64,000 nucleotides of DNA from Candidatus Dadabacteria bacterium CSP1-2 (lineage in GTDB: Bacteria > Desulfobacterota_D > UBA1144 > Nemesobacterales > CSP1-2). Below the pieces are notes generated by a model that saw only the letters and a program-made list of their open reading frames with translations, was not told the DNA's origin and did no database searches. The position numbers and the translations under genes are program-made. Below, piece by piece: positions 16,779-29,038 of the stretch (position 1 is its first letter; each line of letters opens with the position of its first letter). The stretch lies in contig LDXN01000009.1 of the NCBI GenBank assembly GCA_001443445.1, positions 4,798-68,797 on the forward strand. Reading direction: 5' to 3'.

Positions 16779-19517
16779 TTACACAATCTCGCTGAGTTTC
16801 TCAAGCACTTCTTCCATCTTACGCTTTCTAAGAGAAAGCTCCTCAAATTTCTCTCTCTCCTTTTCAACCACCTCTTCTGGGGCACGCTCAAGAAAATCGG
16901 GGTTGGCAAGTTTCTTATTAACTTGCTCTACATTTTTTGCTACCTTTGAGATTTCTCGTTTTATTCTTTCAACTTCCTTTTCAACATCAACTAACCCTTC
17001 TATAGAGAGGAAAATCTGTAGACCCTCGATTACCTGAGCAACGGCTTTCTTGGGTTTTTCCTTGCGAGAAAGATCAATCGATGCCTTTGCTAAGCTATGA
17101 ATAAAGTTTTTATTAGCCTGAGTTATTTTAAGTATTTTTTCATTATCAGGGAGAAGAATAATGTCTACCATTTTTGAAGGATGTACACCGACTATGGCTC
17201 TTAGGTTTCTTATCCCGACAATGACCTCTTTTACGTACTCGATTTCGTCAAATGCCTCTTCGTAAATCTCATCTTTGTTGAAATTCGGATAGGAGCTAAT
17301 GGATACGCTTTCCGCCTCCTCCTCATCTGCAGTTGGCATTCTGACCCCAAGCTCCCGAAGCCTTTGATAGATCTCCTCAGTTATAAAAGGAGCAATTGGA
17401 TGAAGAAGTTGTAAAGCCGACACCAATACTTTTACCAAAATCGCCTGTGTTCTCTTTCTTGCTTCGAGATCATCACCATTTAAGATTGGTTTTACAAACT
17501 CTATATACCAATCACAAAAATCACCCCAGATGAATTGATAGATAAGTCGTGACGTTTTATCAAACTCGTATTCTTCTAAAGAGTTTTCAATCTCCTGTAT
17601 CGTTCTATTAAGCTTTGTGAGAATCCACTTGTCAGGTGTAGAAAGATTTAAACCAGTAGAGACGACCCGGCGGGTCGTCTCTACCTTATCCAAATTCATA
17701 AAAACAAACCTCGATGCATTCCAGATTTTATTCATAAAGTTTCTGTACCCTTCGATTATAGAAAGAGAAAGCTTTATATCCCTTCCCTGAGTGGCAAGTG
17801 CGGTGAGGCTGAATCTTAAAGCATCTGCTCCAAATTCATCCATTATATCAAGTGGATCAATGACATTCCCCTTTGTTTTACTCATCTTCTCACCCTTCTC
17901 ATCCCTGACAAGGGCATGGATATCAACATCTCTAAAGGGCACGTCATTCATAAACTTAAGCCCCATCATCATCATCCTTGCGACCCAGAAAAAAAGTATG
18001 TCAAAGCTTGTGACTAGAACGGAGGTAGGATAGAAGATCTCAAGCTCTTTGGTTTTTCTAGGCCATCCAAGCGTTCCAAATGGCCATAGAGCGGAGCTGA
18101 ACCATGTATCAAGGACATCAGTTTCTTGCTCGATATGGCGAGATGCGCAATGCTCACAAACCCTCGGTTCATCAACTGAAACTGTTATCCCTTCACAATC
18201 TTTACAGAACCAAGCTGGAATCCTGTGCCCCCACCATATTTGTCTTGATATGCACCAGTCCCTTATATTCCTCATCCATTCAAAATATGTGTTTTTCCAA
18301 CCCTCAGGGATAATCCTTGTTCTACCATCCTCTACCGCCTGAATTGCAGGAATTGAAAGCGGTTTAGTTCTGACAAACCACTGAAGAGAAAGCATTGGCT
18401 CAACTACAGTGCCGCACCTATAGCATTTTCCAAGCTGTAGTGAATAATCTTCTACCTTTTCTAAAACTCCTTCTTTCTCAAAGTCTTCGACGATCCGTTT
18501 CTTGCATTCAAGCCTATCAAGCCCACTGTATCTTCCAGCATTTTCATTCATCACTCCCTTAAAATCCATAATCTGAACCCTTGGAAGGTTGTGTTTTGTT
18601 CCAATCTCAAAATCAGCAAAATCGTGCGCAGGTGTAATCTTCAAAGCCCCTGTACCCATCTCCATATCTACGCTTTCATCAGCGATAACAGGAATTATTC
18701 GGTTTACGACAGGAAGGATTACCTCTTTACCAATTAGATGTTTAAATCTCTCATCTTTAGGATTAACTGCAACGGCGGTATCACCCATCATCGTCTCAGG
18801 CCTTGTCGTTGCAACAATAATGTAGAGACGACTCGGCGAGTCGTCTCTACTTGTTCCAGATTGACCATTGCTATTAGTAGAAACAAGTGGATACATTAGA
18901 TAATATAGCTTTCCTTTTGTGTCTTCACGCGTTACCTCTAGGTCTGAAAGGGCTGTATCGCAACGTGGACACCAGTTTACAAGATAATGCCCTCTATAAA
19001 TAAGCCCCTCCCTCCAAAGCCTAACGAAAGCCTCTTTAACAGCAATAGAGAGCCCCTCATCCATCGTAAATCTTTCTCTTGACCAGTCACAAGAGGCACC
19101 AAGCCTTTTTAACTGGACAATGATTCTATTTCCATATAGTTCTTTCCACTGTAAAACCCTTTTTACAAATCCTTCTCTACCCAAATCCTCCCGCTTGATT
19201 CCCTCTTTAAGAAGCTCCCTTTCAACAACAGTCTGGGTAGCAATTCCCGCATGGTCAGTTCCAGGAACCCAGAGGGCGTTAAACCCCTTCATTCTCTTAT
19301 ATCGAACTAATATATCCTGGAGTGTGTTATTTAAAGCATGCCCTATGTGGAGAGAACCAGTTACATTGGGAGGTGGGATAACAATTGTGAAGGAGGGTCT
19401 TTGAGATGAAATTGAAGCTTGAAAATATCCTTTTTTAATCCAGAACTCTAGCCACTTCTCCTCTACCTTTTTGGGGTCATAGGTTTTTTCTAACTCTATC
19501 TTATTCGCCTCTTCCAT
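16779..19517 (-). CDS. valS: Valine--tRNA ligase
   Basis: 912 aa with HIGH (SLHIGHAL), TTRPETMMGDTAVAV, KMSKS (KMSKTKGN) and a C-terminal coiled coil. Confidence 0.95.
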   Translation of the reverse strand: MEEANKIELEKTYDPKKVEEKWLEFWIKKGYFQASISSQRPSFTIVIPPPNVTGSLHIGHALNNTLQDILVRYKRMKGFNALWVPGTDHAGIATQTVVERELLKEGIKREDLGREGFVKRVLQWKELYGNRIIVQLKRLGASCDWSRERFTMDEGLSIAVKEAFVRLWREGLIYRGHYLVNWCPRCDTALSDLEVTREDTKGKLYYLMYPLVSTNSNGQSGTSRDDSPSRLYIIVATTRPETMMGDTAVAVNPKDERFKHLIGKEVILPVVNRIIPVIADESVDMEMGTGALKITPAHDFADFEIGTKHNLPRVQIMDFKGVMNENAGRYSGLDRLECKKRIVEDFEKEGVLEKVEDYSLQLGKCYRCGTVVEPMLSLQWFVRTKPLSIPAIQAVEDGRTRIIPEGWKNTYFEWMRNIRDWCISRQIWWGHRIPAWFCKDCEGITVSVDEPRVCEHCASRHIEQETDVLDTWFSSALWPFGTLGWPRKTKELEIFYPTSVLVTSFDILFFWVARMMMMGLKFMNDVPFRDVDIHALVRDEKGEKMSKTKGNVIDPLDIMDEFGADALRFSLTALATQGRDIKLSLSIIEGYRNFMNKIWNASRFVFMNLDKVETTRRVVSTGLNLSTPDKWILTKLNRTIQEIENSLEEYEFDKTSRLIYQFIWGDFCDWYIEFVKPILNGDDLEARKRTQAILVKVLVSALQLLHPIAPFITEEIYQRLRELGVRMPTADEEEAESVSISSYPNFNKDEIYEEAFDEIEYVKEVIVGIRNLRAIVGVHPSKMVDIILLPDNEKILKITQANKNFIHSLAKASIDLSRKEKPKKAVAQVIEGLQIFLSIEGLVDVEKEVERIKREISKVAKNVEQVNKKLANPDFLERAPEEVVEKEREKFEELSLRKRKMEEVLEKLSEIV
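17656..17684. repeat. 29-nt perfect palindrome GTAGAGACGACCC-GGC-GGGTCGTCTCTAC inside valS (in frame)
   Basis: 13-bp stem and 3-nt loop, checked base by base. Encodes VETTRRVVST in the variable linker before the anticodon-binding domain. Confidence 0.9.
18822..18850. repeat. Second copy of the 29-nt palindrome GTAGAGACGACTC-GGC-GAGTCGTCTCTAC inside valS (in frame)
   Basis: 13-bp stem and 3-nt loop, 27/29 identical to 17656-17684. The two differences compensate each other. Encodes SRDDSPSRLY in the variable loop before TTRPET. Confidence 0.9.
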
Positions 19518-19598
19518 GTTCGTAGTTCGTGAATCGGGTATCCAATCGTTCGACTGAGCTCACGACGAAGTCACAAATCACGAACCCCGGTCCACGAC
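19518..19598. repeat. Heptad-type spacer element (CG family) between rpoC and valS
   Basis: The left arm reads gttcgta gttcgtg aatcggg ... and the right arm reads tcacgac gaagtca caaatca cgaaccc cggtcca cgac. The two arms are approximate reverse complements. Confidence 0.7.
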
Positions 19599-22500
19599 TT
19601 ACTCTTTAACAGGGGTAGGAACGGGTATTTCCGGCGCTATGATTTCTACATCTACATCCCTATACATAGGCAGCCCGGTGCCAGCGGGTATTAATCTTCC
19701 CATAATCACATTTTCTTTTAGTCCGCGAAGACTATCCACCTTTCCTTCACAAGCCGCCTCTGTAAGTACCCTTGTAGTTTCCTGGAATGACGCTGCGGAA
19801 AGCCAGCTATCAGTGCTGAGAGAGGCCCTAGTGATACCAAGAAGAAGTGGCTCTGCTGTGGCCGGTTTTCCGCCCTGAGAGGTAACCCTTTCATTCTCTT
19901 CAAAGAAGATAATCCTTTCAACTGGTTCTCCAACAAGGAATGTTGTATCACCCGGATCCTTAACTCTCACGCGCTTTAACATCTGCCTTACTATAATCTC
20001 TATGTGTTTATCATTAATCTTAACCCCCTGGAGCCTGTAGACCTGTTGTATTTCGTCTACTAGATATCTCGCAAGGGCCTTCTCACCACGAATTCTCAGT
20101 ACATCATGAGGATTTACAGCGCCATCAACAAGCTGGTCTCCAGCCTTCACACGTTCGCCATCTCTAACTAGCACATGCTTTCCTCTTGGTACAAGGTAGT
20201 CCTTCGCTTCACCAATATCTGGAGTTACAACCATCTTTCTCTTTCCCTTTGAATCCTTTCCAAAGGATACGATTCCATCAATCTCACTCACTATCGCAGG
20301 ATCTCTAGGAAGCCTTGCTTCAAAGAGCTCTGCTACCCTTGGCAGTCCTCCAGTGATGTCCTTGGTCTTAGCCGTTTCTCTTGGAATCTTTGCAAATACA
20401 TCCCCTCCATGAACCATATCACCTTCGTTCTTTTCAATAATCGCCCCAACTGGAAGGAGATACTGGGCTGCCTTTCCATGTTTGTCGGTAACGACTATGG
20501 TAGGATGTAAATCGGGATTTTTCGATTCAACAACCACCTTTTTAAAAATTCCTGTTACCTCGTCCACCTGCTCCTTCATGCTTATACCCTCTTCAAGGTC
20601 CTGGAAGCTTACACGCCCATCCACCTCTGAGATAAATGGAGTGGTGTATGGATCCCACTCAGCAAGAAGCGATCCCCTTTTTATTTGATCACCCTCTTCA
20701 ACCCTCAACTTCGCTCCGAGAACAAGTGGATACCTTTCACGCTCGTATCCCATCTCATCCACTATAGCTAGAATTCCAGTACGATTTATTACAACGAGTC
20801 TTCCCTCGTTATTCCTCACTGTCCTAACACCGATAAGCTTTACAACACCCTCGTGTCTGCTCTCAAGTGTACTTTCTGCAACCCTCTGACTAGCAGCACC
20901 ACCTATATGGAAGGTTCTCATAGTAAGCTGGGTGCCCGGCTCCCCAATAGACTGGGCTGCTATAATCCCTACCGATTCTCCGATATTTACCAGAGCTCCT
21001 CTTGCAAGGTCTCTTCCATGGCAAAGCACGCACACACCTTGACGGGCCTCGCAAGTAAGAACAGACCTTATTTTTAACTCCGTAACGCTTCCCGCCTCGT
21101 CGATAGCGTTCGCGGCCTGCTCGTCTATCTCTTCGCTTGCCCTTACAATAATCTTTCTAGTTACAGGATCTCTAATGTCTTCAAGCACAACACGACCTAG
21201 GATTCTCTCTCCTATCCTATCTATTATCTCTCCACCTTCTATAAGTGCCCCAACTGTGATCCCATCAATCGTACCGCAGTCAAATTCCGTTATGGTTGCA
21301 TCTTGAGCAACATCAATCAACCTTCTAGTAAGGTATCCCGCATTTGCAGTTTTTAAGGCTGTATCAGCAAGCCCCTTTCTAGCTCCATGTGTTGAGATGA
21401 AGTACTGAAGCACTGTGAGGCCCTCACGAAAGTTAGATGTAATTGGCGTTTCAATAATCTCCCCTGAGGGCTTAGCCATAAGACCCCTCATCCCAGCGAG
21501 CTGGCGAACCTGGGTTTGGCTTCCTCTCGCACCTGAATCCACCATCATATAGATTGGGTTTGTGCTTGGAGCTTGGATCTCAGCCTCATTTTCGTCTTTT
21601 AAAATATCAATAGATAATTCCTTAAGCATCTCCTGAGCGATTTCTTCGCTCGTCTTAGCCCATATATCTATAACCTTGTTGTACCTTTCACCATCGGTTA
21701 TGAGCCCCTGAGAATATTGTGTTTGAACCTTTACTACCTCGTTATAAGCCTTATTTATTAGCTGCTCCTTTTTCTTTGGAATCTTCATATCATCAATTGA
21801 GATTGAAATCCCTGCTTTGGTCGAAAATTGAAACCCGAGCGTCCTCAAACGGTCTGCGAGTATAACTGTGCTCTTTCCACCGGCAACTCTAAAGCAGCTA
21901 TCTACTAGTTCCTCGATAGCACGTTTTGTCATCACCTTGTTCACTAGTTCAAAAGCAACCTCTCTTGGCATGATCTCGTAAAGCAGTATTCTGCCAACGG
22001 TAGTTTCATGCATCTTTTCATCAATTCTTACGCGTATCTTAGCATGAATGCCAACCTCATTTAAATCATAAGCCATCCTAACCTCTTCAATTGATGAAAA
22101 GGCCTTACCCTCTCCTTTCTCGAAGGGAACCTCTCTCGTCATATAATAAATACCAAGCACTATATCCTGCGTAGGAAGTATTATTGGTTTTCCGTGCGCT
22201 GGTGAGAGAATATTATTGGTTGACATAATAAGGGCCCTGCATTCTGTTTGGGCTTCAACAGAAAGCGGTACATGTACAGCCATCTGGTCTCCATCAAAGT
22301 CTGCGTTGTAAGCAGGGCATACAAGGGGATGTATTTGAATAGCTTTATCTTCAATAAGTTTTGGTTCAAAAGCCTGGATGCTTAGGCGATGAAGAGTTGG
22401 AGCACGATTTAGTAGCACAGGATGCTCCTGCACAACCTCATCAAGTGCATCCCAGACAACTGGTGCTTCTTGCTCGACAAGCTTTTTTGCAATTTTTATT

Positions 22501-23675
22501 GTCTGTGCCTTACCCCATTTCTCTAATTTTTGATATATAAAAGGTCTAAAAAGCTCAAGTGCCATCTGCTTTGGTAAACCACACTGATGGAGTCTCAGCT
22601 CAGGACCAATCACGATCACAGAGCGTCCTGAATAATCCACCCTTTTCCCAAGAAGGTTCTGACGGAACCTCCCTTGCTTTCCTTTTATAATGTCACTTAG
22701 ACTTTTTAGTGGACGGTGATTGTGAGCTAGGACAGGTCTCCCGCGCCGTCCGTTTTCAAATAGGGCATCTACAGCCTCTTGAAGCATCCTTTTTTCATTT
22801 CTAACAATGATATCAGGCGCCCCAAGCTCTAGTAATTTTCTTAGTCTGTTATTCCTATTTATTACACGACGGTAAAGATCATTTAAATCAGAGGTAGCAA
22901 ATCTGCCTCCATCTAGCGGAACAAGGGGTCTCAAGTCAGGAGGAAGTATAGGGATTTTTGTTAGAATCATCCACTCGGCTCGGTTTCCAGATTGTCTAAA
23001 GGCTTCAACAATCCTGAGCCTCTTAGCGATCCTAGCCCTCTTTATTTGAGATGTAGTATCCTTCATCTCTAACCTAAGATGTTCTGAGAGTTCGACAAGG
23101 TCTATTTTCTTAAGCATCTCCCTAACCGTTTCAGCCCCCATTCCAACCTTAAAAGTGGGTCCGTATTCCTCAAGTAATTTTCTGTACTTCTCTTCACTGA
23201 GAACCTCTCCAAATTTCAGTTGTGTTCCACCTGGATCTACAACTACATATGCCTCATAGTATAAAGCCCTTTCTAATTCCTTTAGCGTCATATCCAAAAG
23301 CATTCCTATTCTGCTTGGGATGCTTCTCAAAAACCAGATATGAGCAACCGGTGAAGAAAGCTCTATATGCCCCATCCTTTCACGCCTTACTTTGCTCGAT
23401 ATAACCTCTACGCCACATTTCTCACAGGTATGCCCCCTATGTTTAAGCCTTCTATATTTTCCGCAAAGACACTCATAATCCTTTACTGGACCAAATATCT
23501 TAGCGCAGAATAGACCGCTCCTTTCCGGTTTGAACGTTCTATAGTTAATTGTCTCTGGCTTTTTTACCTCACCTGAAGACCAATCCTTGATCTTATCAGG
23601 CGAAGCAATAGCAATCTTCACAGAAGAGTAGTCCGAAGGGTTCTTCGGTTTTTCAAAGAGGGTATCTATATCCAC
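19599..23675 (-). CDS. rpoC: DNA-directed RNA polymerase subunit beta'
   Basis: 1358 aa, unsplit, with NADFDGDQM and N-terminal Zn-binding cysteines. Confidence 0.97.
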   Translation of the reverse strand: MDIDTLFEKPKNPSDYSSVKIAIASPDKIKDWSSGEVKKPETINYRTFKPERSGLFCAKIFGPVKDYECLCGKYRRLKHRGHTCEKCGVEVISSKVRRERMGHIELSSPVAHIWFLRSIPSRIGMLLDMTLKELERALYYEAYVVVDPGGTQLKFGEVLSEEKYRKLLEEYGPTFKVGMGAETVREMLKKIDLVELSEHLRLEMKDTTSQIKRARIAKRLRIVEAFRQSGNRAEWMILTKIPILPPDLRPLVPLDGGRFATSDLNDLYRRVINRNNRLRKLLELGAPDIIVRNEKRMLQEAVDALFENGRRGRPVLAHNHRPLKSLSDIIKGKQGRFRQNLLGKRVDYSGRSVIVIGPELRLHQCGLPKQMALELFRPFIYQKLEKWGKAQTIKIAKKLVEQEAPVVWDALDEVVQEHPVLLNRAPTLHRLSIQAFEPKLIEDKAIQIHPLVCPAYNADFDGDQMAVHVPLSVEAQTECRALIMSTNNILSPAHGKPIILPTQDIVLGIYYMTREVPFEKGEGKAFSSIEEVRMAYDLNEVGIHAKIRVRIDEKMHETTVGRILLYEIMPREVAFELVNKVMTKRAIEELVDSCFRVAGGKSTVILADRLRTLGFQFSTKAGISISIDDMKIPKKKEQLINKAYNEVVKVQTQYSQGLITDGERYNKVIDIWAKTSEEIAQEMLKELSIDILKDENEAEIQAPSTNPIYMMVDSGARGSQTQVRQLAGMRGLMAKPSGEIIETPITSNFREGLTVLQYFISTHGARKGLADTALKTANAGYLTRRLIDVAQDATITEFDCGTIDGITVGALIEGGEIIDRIGERILGRVVLEDIRDPVTRKIIVRASEEIDEQAANAIDEAGSVTELKIRSVLTCEARQGVCVLCHGRDLARGALVNIGESVGIIAAQSIGEPGTQLTMRTFHIGGAASQRVAESTLESRHEGVVKLIGVRTVRNNEGRLVVINRTGILAIVDEMGYERERYPLVLGAKLRVEEGDQIKRGSLLAEWDPYTTPFISEVDGRVSFQDLEEGISMKEQVDEVTGIFKKVVVESKNPDLHPTIVVTDKHGKAAQYLLPVGAIIEKNEGDMVHGGDVFAKIPRETAKTKDITGGLPRVAELFEARLPRDPAIVSEIDGIVSFGKDSKGKRKMVVTPDIGEAKDYLVPRGKHVLVRDGERVKAGDQLVDGAVNPHDVLRIRGEKALARYLVDEIQQVYRLQGVKINDKHIEIIVRQMLKRVRVKDPGDTTFLVGEPVERIIFFEENERVTSQGGKPATAEPLLLGITRASLSTDSWLSAASFQETTRVLTEAACEGKVDSLRGLKENVIMGRLIPAGTGLPMYRDVDVEIIAPEIPVPTPVKE

Positions 23676-23677
23676 TT

Positions 23678-26600
23678 TTACCTTCCTCCCTTTTGTTTTT
23701 GTAATCCTACTTTTCCATTCCCGCCTTCCTCAATAAGGTCTATATCAAGTGCAAGGGCTTGAAGCTCTTTTACTAGAACCTTGAAAGACTCTGGAAGCCC
23801 AGGTTCAAAATTCATATCGCCCTTTACGACTGAATCGAATATTCTAGTTCTCCCGATTACATCATCGGATTTCACCGTGAGAAATTCCTGAAGTGTGTAA
23901 GCGGCTCCGTACGCTTCGAGTGCCCAGACCTCCATCTCTCCAAGCCTCTGCCCCCCAAAATGGGCTTTGCCACCAAGGGGCTGCTGTGTAACGAGAGAAT
24001 AGGGTCCAATAGCCCTTGCATGAATCTTGTCTTCTACAAGATGATGGAGCTTAAGCATATACATAACACCTACAGTTACCCTTTGATCAAACGGCTCACC
24101 TGTGCGTCCATCAAAGAGTATCGTTTTCCCATCCTCCGGGAGCCCGGTGATTTTAAGCATCTCCTTTACTTCCCCTTCAGTTGCGCCGTCAAACACAGGA
24201 GACTCAATAGGTACCCCTTCTTTTAGTCTCTTCGTGAGTTCAACTACCTCTTCATCCTTTAATTCGTCAATAAATCGCCTAATCCCCTTAGAGTCATAAA
24301 TTTCCTTAAGCTTTCTCCTAAGTGATCCTGGGCTAAACTCCTGCTCAATATACTCATTTAGCTGTTGACCAAGCTCCTTTGCTGCCCAGCCCAGATGCGT
24401 CTCTAGAATCTGTCCTACGTTCATCCTTGAGGGAACACCAAGCGGATTAAGCACCATATCAACTGGGATTCCATCAGGAAGAAAGGGCATATCCTCTTCA
24501 GATAGTATCTTCGATATAACGCCCTTATTTCCGTGTCGTCCTGCCATCTTGTCTCCTACTTGGAGCTTCCTTAGTACTGCGACATGAACCTTCACTACCT
24601 TTAGCACCCCAGGAGGAAGTTCATCAGGTCGGGTCAGCTTGTCTATTTTATTGTTATAGACCATCTTTACTAAATCAATTTGTTCAAGAGTCTTTTCAAT
24701 CGCTATTTTAACCTCGGTCTCTACCTTCTCTCCCTTTTCAACACTGATATCACCTAACTTTTCAAATGGTATAGGCTGAAGATCTTCTTCGGTTATCTTT
24801 TCACCCTTCTTAATCACCATTTTTCTATTTACCGTTAACCTTCCTGCAGCTACTTTGCCCACTAGGAGGGGTCTTATTCTTTCAATTGCACCTTCTTTCA
24901 AGATCTTTATTTCGTCATCCCTGTCTTGTTTAAGACGCGCTACCTCAAAATCCTCTATACTCTTTGCCCTCTCGTCTTTATCTACCATTCTCGATGTTAG
25001 CATCTTTACATCAATTACAGTCCCGTATACCCCAGGATTCGCCCTAAGGGAGGTATCTTTTACATCACCTGCCTTATCTCCAAATATAGCCCTAAGAAGC
25101 CTTTCTTCAGGTGAAAGTTGGGTTTCTCCCTTTGGAGAAATCTTACCAACAAGTATATCTCCAGGCTTTACCTCAGCCCCAATTCTTATTATTCCACTTT
25201 CATCCAGATCCTTAAGCGTATCCTCGCCCACATTGGGAATGTCCCTGGTGATTTCCTCACGCCCAAGCTTTGTCTCGCGTGATATACACTCAAACTCTTC
25301 AATATGGATAGATGTGAATTTATCATCCCTTACAATCCTCTCGCTTATAAGGATCGCATCTTCAAAGTTGTATCCCCCCCATGGCATAAAAGCTACGACC
25401 ACATTCTGCCCGAGAGAAAGCTCGCCGTGACTTGTCGAGGGACCATCTGCAATAACTTGTCCCTTTGTAACGTACTGTCCCTTTTTTACGAACGGCCTTT
25501 GATTCCAGCATGTATTCTGATTTGATCTTTGAAACTTTATCAAATTATAAATATCAACCCCAGCATCATTTCCATCACCCGTTACCCTTACGACAATTTT
25601 AGACGCATCCACATACTCCACTATACCATCCCCCTTTACAACTACTGTTATTCCTGAATCCTTAGCCACTGTCTTTTCAAGTCCTGTCCCAACTAATGGT
25701 GCGGAAGTTCGAATAAGAGGAACAGCCTGACGCTGCATGTTAGATCCCATGAGCGCTCGGTTTGCATCATCATGCTCAAGAAACGGAATAAGAGCGGCTG
25801 ATACCGAAACGAGCTGAGCCGGAGATACATCCATAAACTCAACCTTTTCGCGCTCAACCATGAAGAATTCACCTTTATGACGTGCTGATATAAGTTCAGA
25901 CTTAAAGTGCCCATCCTCATCTAAAGGTGCGTTTGCCTGAGCAATTACATATTTCTCCTCTTCAAAAGCGTTCAGATAAAAGATTTCAGAAGTTACCTTT
26001 CCGTTTTTTACAACCCTGTAAGGAGCTTGAATAAAACCATCATCGTTCACCTTCGCATAGGTACTTAAGCTAGATATAAGACCAATGTTTGGACCCTCTG
26101 GCGTTTCAATTGGGCATATTCTTCCATAATGTGAAGCGTGAACGTCACGGACCTCAAACCCTGCACGCTCCCTTGTAAGCCCACCAGGCCCAAGTGCGCT
26201 TAGCCTTCTTTTATGTGTAATCTCAGATAACGGGTTCGTTTGATCCATAAATTGAGAAAGTTGTCCTGTTGCAAAGAACTCCTTTACAACTGAGATAACA
26301 GTCTTTGGTATAAGAAGTTCACTTGGCATCAGGTTCTCTACAGCTTGATACCCCATCTTCTCCCTTACTGACCTTGCAAGCCTCTCTAGCCCATGATAAA
26401 AGCGTTCCTCTACGAGTTCTCCAACTGTTCGAACCCTTCTATTACCTAGATGGTCAATATCATCAATCGAACCCCTAGCACCTTTGAGGTTAAGGAGATA
26501 CTTAACTGTCCCCATTATGTCTTCCTTCGTTAATGTAAGATCGTCTTCAGAGACTTCTCGATTTAGTTTATAATTAACCTTAATCCGGCCTACCTTAGAA

Positions 26601-27814
26601 AGCCTATATGTATCGGGATTAAAAAAGAGGTTATAGAAGAAGTTTTCAGCAACCCCTAGGGTCGGCGGGTCAGTGGGTCTAAACTTTTTATAGATTTCTC
26701 TAATCGCATCCTCGGAGGTTTTAGTCTTATCAGCAAGAATGGTGTTTCTAAGTGATGCACTTATAGCGATGTTATCTATATAAAAAACCTTAAACTCCTT
26801 TATCCCTCGAGCCCTAATCTCTTGAAGTTTTTCCTCTTTTATCTCCTCGTTGAAATTAAGTAATACCTCCCCAGTCTTTTGATACACAATGTCATCTGCA
26901 CAATGTCTGCCTATTATGTCAATTATTTGAATGGGAATTCTTTCAAGCTTTGCCTGACGGAGTTTATCAATTAGGTTTCCTACAAACTTTTTTCCCTTTT
27001 TTACTATAACCTCACCAGTCTTTGGATCCACTATGTCTACACTAGATTTTTGATAAGAAAGAACCTCCGGGTCAACGCTCTTTTTTATCCCATCTGTTTC
27101 AAAATAGATGGTTTCAGTTGGATAGAAATAAAGCATTATCTCTTTGGTGGTATAGCCAAGTGCCTTGAGAAGCACAGTGACAAGAAACTTTTTTTTTCTA
27201 TCGATTCTAACATGCAAGTGGTCCTTAGAATCGAATTCAAAATCAAGCCACCTTCCATCCTGTGGAACAATCCTGGCTGAGTAAGAGGTCTTTCCCACAA
27301 TCTGGTCCTTATCTTTACCCTGATTGAAGAATACCCCCGGTGAGCGGTGTAGCTGATTGACTATAACCCTCTCGGTGCCATTTATGATGAATGCGCCATT
27401 TGGGGTCATTAGCGGAATCTCGCCGAAGTAAACCTCCTGCTCCTTTACATCCCTTATCGTTCGCTCACTACCAGAGCCTGATTGAGTATCCCATATCACT
27501 AGGCGAAAAATCACATAGAGCGGAGCGACGTATGTGTAACCCTTCATCCGGCACTCATTAGTTTCGTGCTTTGGCTTATCAAGACGGTAGCTAACATATT
27601 CAAGCGATGCGCGGCCATTGTAATCCTCTATAGGAAATACAGTCTTCAATGCACGGAGAAGTCCAATATCCCTTCTTTGATCAGGACTTACATCTCTTTG
27701 AAGAAACTCGTTATACGATTTTATTTGAACCTCAAGAAGATGCGGTATTTCGAGAACAGACGGAATCTTTGAAAAACTTTTTCTTTTATAAGTTTCTACT
27801 CCCTCGAAATTCAC
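23678..27814 (-). CDS. rpoB: DNA-directed RNA polymerase subunit beta
   Basis: The ORF is open to 27901, but its first 29 codons translate the heptad repeat. A GTG at 27814, preceded by a G-rich stretch gggggtagagataag (no clean SD), gives [18 protein letters not shown]..., the usual RpoB opening. Confidence 0.93.
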   Translation of the reverse strand: MNFEGVETYKRKSFSKIPSVLEIPHLLEVQIKSYNEFLQRDVSPDQRRDIGLLRALKTVFPIEDYNGRASLEYVSYRLDKPKHETNECRMKGYTYVAPLYVIFRLVIWDTQSGSGSERTIRDVKEQEVYFGEIPLMTPNGAFIINGTERVIVNQLHRSPGVFFNQGKDKDQIVGKTSYSARIVPQDGRWLDFEFDSKDHLHVRIDRKKKFLVTVLLKALGYTTKEIMLYFYPTETIYFETDGIKKSVDPEVLSYQKSSVDIVDPKTGEVIVKKGKKFVGNLIDKLRQAKLERIPIQIIDIIGRHCADDIVYQKTGEVLLNFNEEIKEEKLQEIRARGIKEFKVFYIDNIAISASLRNTILADKTKTSEDAIREIYKKFRPTDPPTLGVAENFFYNLFFNPDTYRLSKVGRIKVNYKLNREVSEDDLTLTKEDIMGTVKYLLNLKGARGSIDDIDHLGNRRVRTVGELVEERFYHGLERLARSVREKMGYQAVENLMPSELLIPKTVISVVKEFFATGQLSQFMDQTNPLSEITHKRRLSALGPGGLTRERAGFEVRDVHASHYGRICPIETPEGPNIGLISSLSTYAKVNDDGFIQAPYRVVKNGKVTSEIFYLNAFEEEKYVIAQANAPLDEDGHFKSELISARHKGEFFMVEREKVEFMDVSPAQLVSVSAALIPFLEHDDANRALMGSNMQRQAVPLIRTSAPLVGTGLEKTVAKDSGITVVVKGDGIVEYVDASKIVVRVTGDGNDAGVDIYNLIKFQRSNQNTCWNQRPFVKKGQYVTKGQVIADGPSTSHGELSLGQNVVVAFMPWGGYNFEDAILISERIVRDDKFTSIHIEEFECISRETKLGREEITRDIPNVGEDTLKDLDESGIIRIGAEVKPGDILVGKISPKGETQLSPEERLLRAIFGDKAGDVKDTSLRANPGVYGTVIDVKMLTSRMVDKDERAKSIEDFEVARLKQDRDDEIKILKEGAIERIRPLLVGKVAAGRLTVNRKMVIKKGEKITEEDLQPIPFEKLGDISVEKGEKVETEVKIAIEKTLEQIDLVKMVYNNKIDKLTRPDELPPGVLKVVKVHVAVLRKLQVGDKMAGRHGNKGVISKILSEEDMPFLPDGIPVDMVLNPLGVPSRMNVGQILETHLGWAAKELGQQLNEYIEQEFSPGSLRRKLKEIYDSKGIRRFIDELKDEEVVELTKRLKEGVPIESPVFDGATEGEVKEMLKITGLPEDGKTILFDGRTGEPFDQRVTVGVMYMLKLHHLVEDKIHARAIGPYSLVTQQPLGGKAHFGGQRLGEMEVWALEAYGAAYTLQEFLTVKSDDVIGRTRIFDSVVKGDMNFEPGLPESFKVLVKELQALALDIDLIEEGGNGKVGLQKQKGGR

Positions 27815-27842
27815 CTTATCTCTACCCCCTTTTTGTTTATTT

Positions 27843-27912
27843 TTCGTGGCTTGTAATTCGTGGATAGTGGCTCGTAATTCGATACACGATTCTCGATTCA
27901 CGAACCACGGTC
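27843..27912. repeat. Heptad array (CG family), 10 units in register
   Basis: The units read ttcgtgg cttgtaa ttcgtgg atagtgg ctcgtaa ttcgata cacgatt ctcgatt cacgaac cacggtc. CG occupies positions 3-4 in 8 of 10 units, and the halves are inverted. Confidence 0.85.
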
Positions 27913-28311
27913 CTAATTAATTTCTGCTGTTGCGCCCGCTTCTTCAAGCTTCTTTTTCATGGCCTGTGCTTCTTCTTTCTTCACATCTTCTTTCACAGTC
28001 TTTGGAGCCCCTTCAACAAGCTCTTTCGCTTCCTTAAGACCAAGTGAGGTAATCTCCCTTATGGCCTTTATCACTTGTATCTTGTTCTCTCCGATGGATT
28101 TTAGCACTACGTTGAACTCCGTCTTTTCAGCTTCAGGCGCTTTAGCTTCAGCCGCCCCAGCACCGCCTACTTGTGTAGAGACCATAGCCACCTGTGGAGC
28201 GGCAGCCTTTACACCGAATTTTTCCTCGATCTCCTTTATTAACTCCGAAATCTCAAGCATACTTGCGCGCTCAAGATATGAAATTACATCGGCCCTTGTA
28301 ACATCAGCCAT
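27913..28311 (-). CDS. rplL: 50S ribosomal protein L7/L12
   Basis: 132 aa with an Ala/Glu/Lys-rich hinge and the typical C-terminal domain. Confidence 0.95.
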   Translation of the reverse strand: MADVTRADVISYLERASMLEISELIKEIEEKFGVKAAAPQVAMVSTQVGGAGAAEAKAPEAEKTEFNVVLKSIGENKIQVIKAIREITSLGLKEAKELVEGAPKTVKEDVKKEEAQAMKKKLEEAGATAEIN

Positions 28312-28390
28312 TGTCTAAAACCTCCTTTTTGTGATTAGTATTTAGTGTTGTTACTAGATAGACCCCTTTTCTAAAAATTTCTATAACTAT

Positions 28391-28924
28391 TTATACCTCT
28401 TCTTTTTTCTCTTTCAGATCTTTGAGTGCGTTTAATGCGTATAATAAACGCCTCTCGAGCTCCATCAACGTACTCATAAAATTAGAGATAGGAGATGAAA
28501 GTAGTCCGAGAAACTCTGTTAAAAGTGCTTGTCTTGAGGGAAGTTGTGAGAGCTTTGAAACATCGCTAACACCAATTACCTTGCCTTCAACAATGCCACC
28601 TTTTAATTTAAGTACAGGCAACTGCTTGGCAGATTCAGCGAAAACCTTAGCAACAACCACCGGATCCTCTTTACATATTGCTACAGCAGTGGCTCCCTCG
28701 AACAGGTCTTTTATCCTTTCTATATCAGTCTCGCGAGATGCTATTTTAAGAAGCGTGTTCTTAGCAACCTTAAAATCAGCTTTGGCTTTTTTAAGACGCC
28801 GCCTTAGCCCTTCTACCTCCTTTACAGTTAGCCCCTTATATTCAACGACAAATAGTGAAGGACTTGTTTTAAATCTCTCATTAAAATCTTTTACAACTTG
28901 CTCTTTGACAACCTTAGTTAACAT
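28391..28924 (-). CDS. rplJ: 50S ribosomal protein L10
   Basis: 177 aa in the conserved position between rplA and rplL. Confidence 0.93.
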   Translation of the reverse strand: MLTKVVKEQVVKDFNERFKTSPSLFVVEYKGLTVKEVEGLRRRLKKAKADFKVAKNTLLKIASRETDIERIKDLFEGATAVAICKEDPVVVAKVFAESAKQLPVLKLKGGIVEGKVIGVSDVSKLSQLPSRQALLTEFLGLLSSPISNFMSTLMELERRLLYALNALKDLKEKKEEV

Positions 28925-28944
28925 TATTCTACTCCTTATTAAAA

Positions 28945-29038
28945 TGATGCACGATGCATGAGGTTTTTATCTGTATCCTTTATCCTGCATCCTGTATCTT
29001 GCATCCTGCATCCTGCATCCTGCATCTTGTATCTCATG
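28945..29038. repeat. Heptad array (TCCTGCA / TGATGCA family) filling the rplA-rplJ spacer
   Basis: tgatgca cgatgca tgagg.. is followed by atctgta tccttta tcctgca tcctgta tcttgca tcctgca tcctgca tcctgca tcttgta tctcatg. That is 10 units in register, and the rplA stop lies in the last unit. Confidence 0.85.

Noticed and set aside
24855-25430. 191-aa ORF antisense to rpoB, and similar antisense ORFs in rpoC, valS, fusA, rplJ, rplL, nusG and the rSAM genes
   Set aside because: They lie entirely inside well-supported conserved genes on the other strand, have low-complexity composition and carry no start signals.
27815-27901. N-terminal 29 codons of the rpoB track ORF
   Set aside because: They translate the heptad array. 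The conserved RpoB sequence begins at the GTG at 27814.
28945-29038. Heptad arrays as a CRISPR array
   Set aside because: The period is 7 nt, there are no unique spacers and no cas genes, and the units are degenerate. They are not CRISPR.
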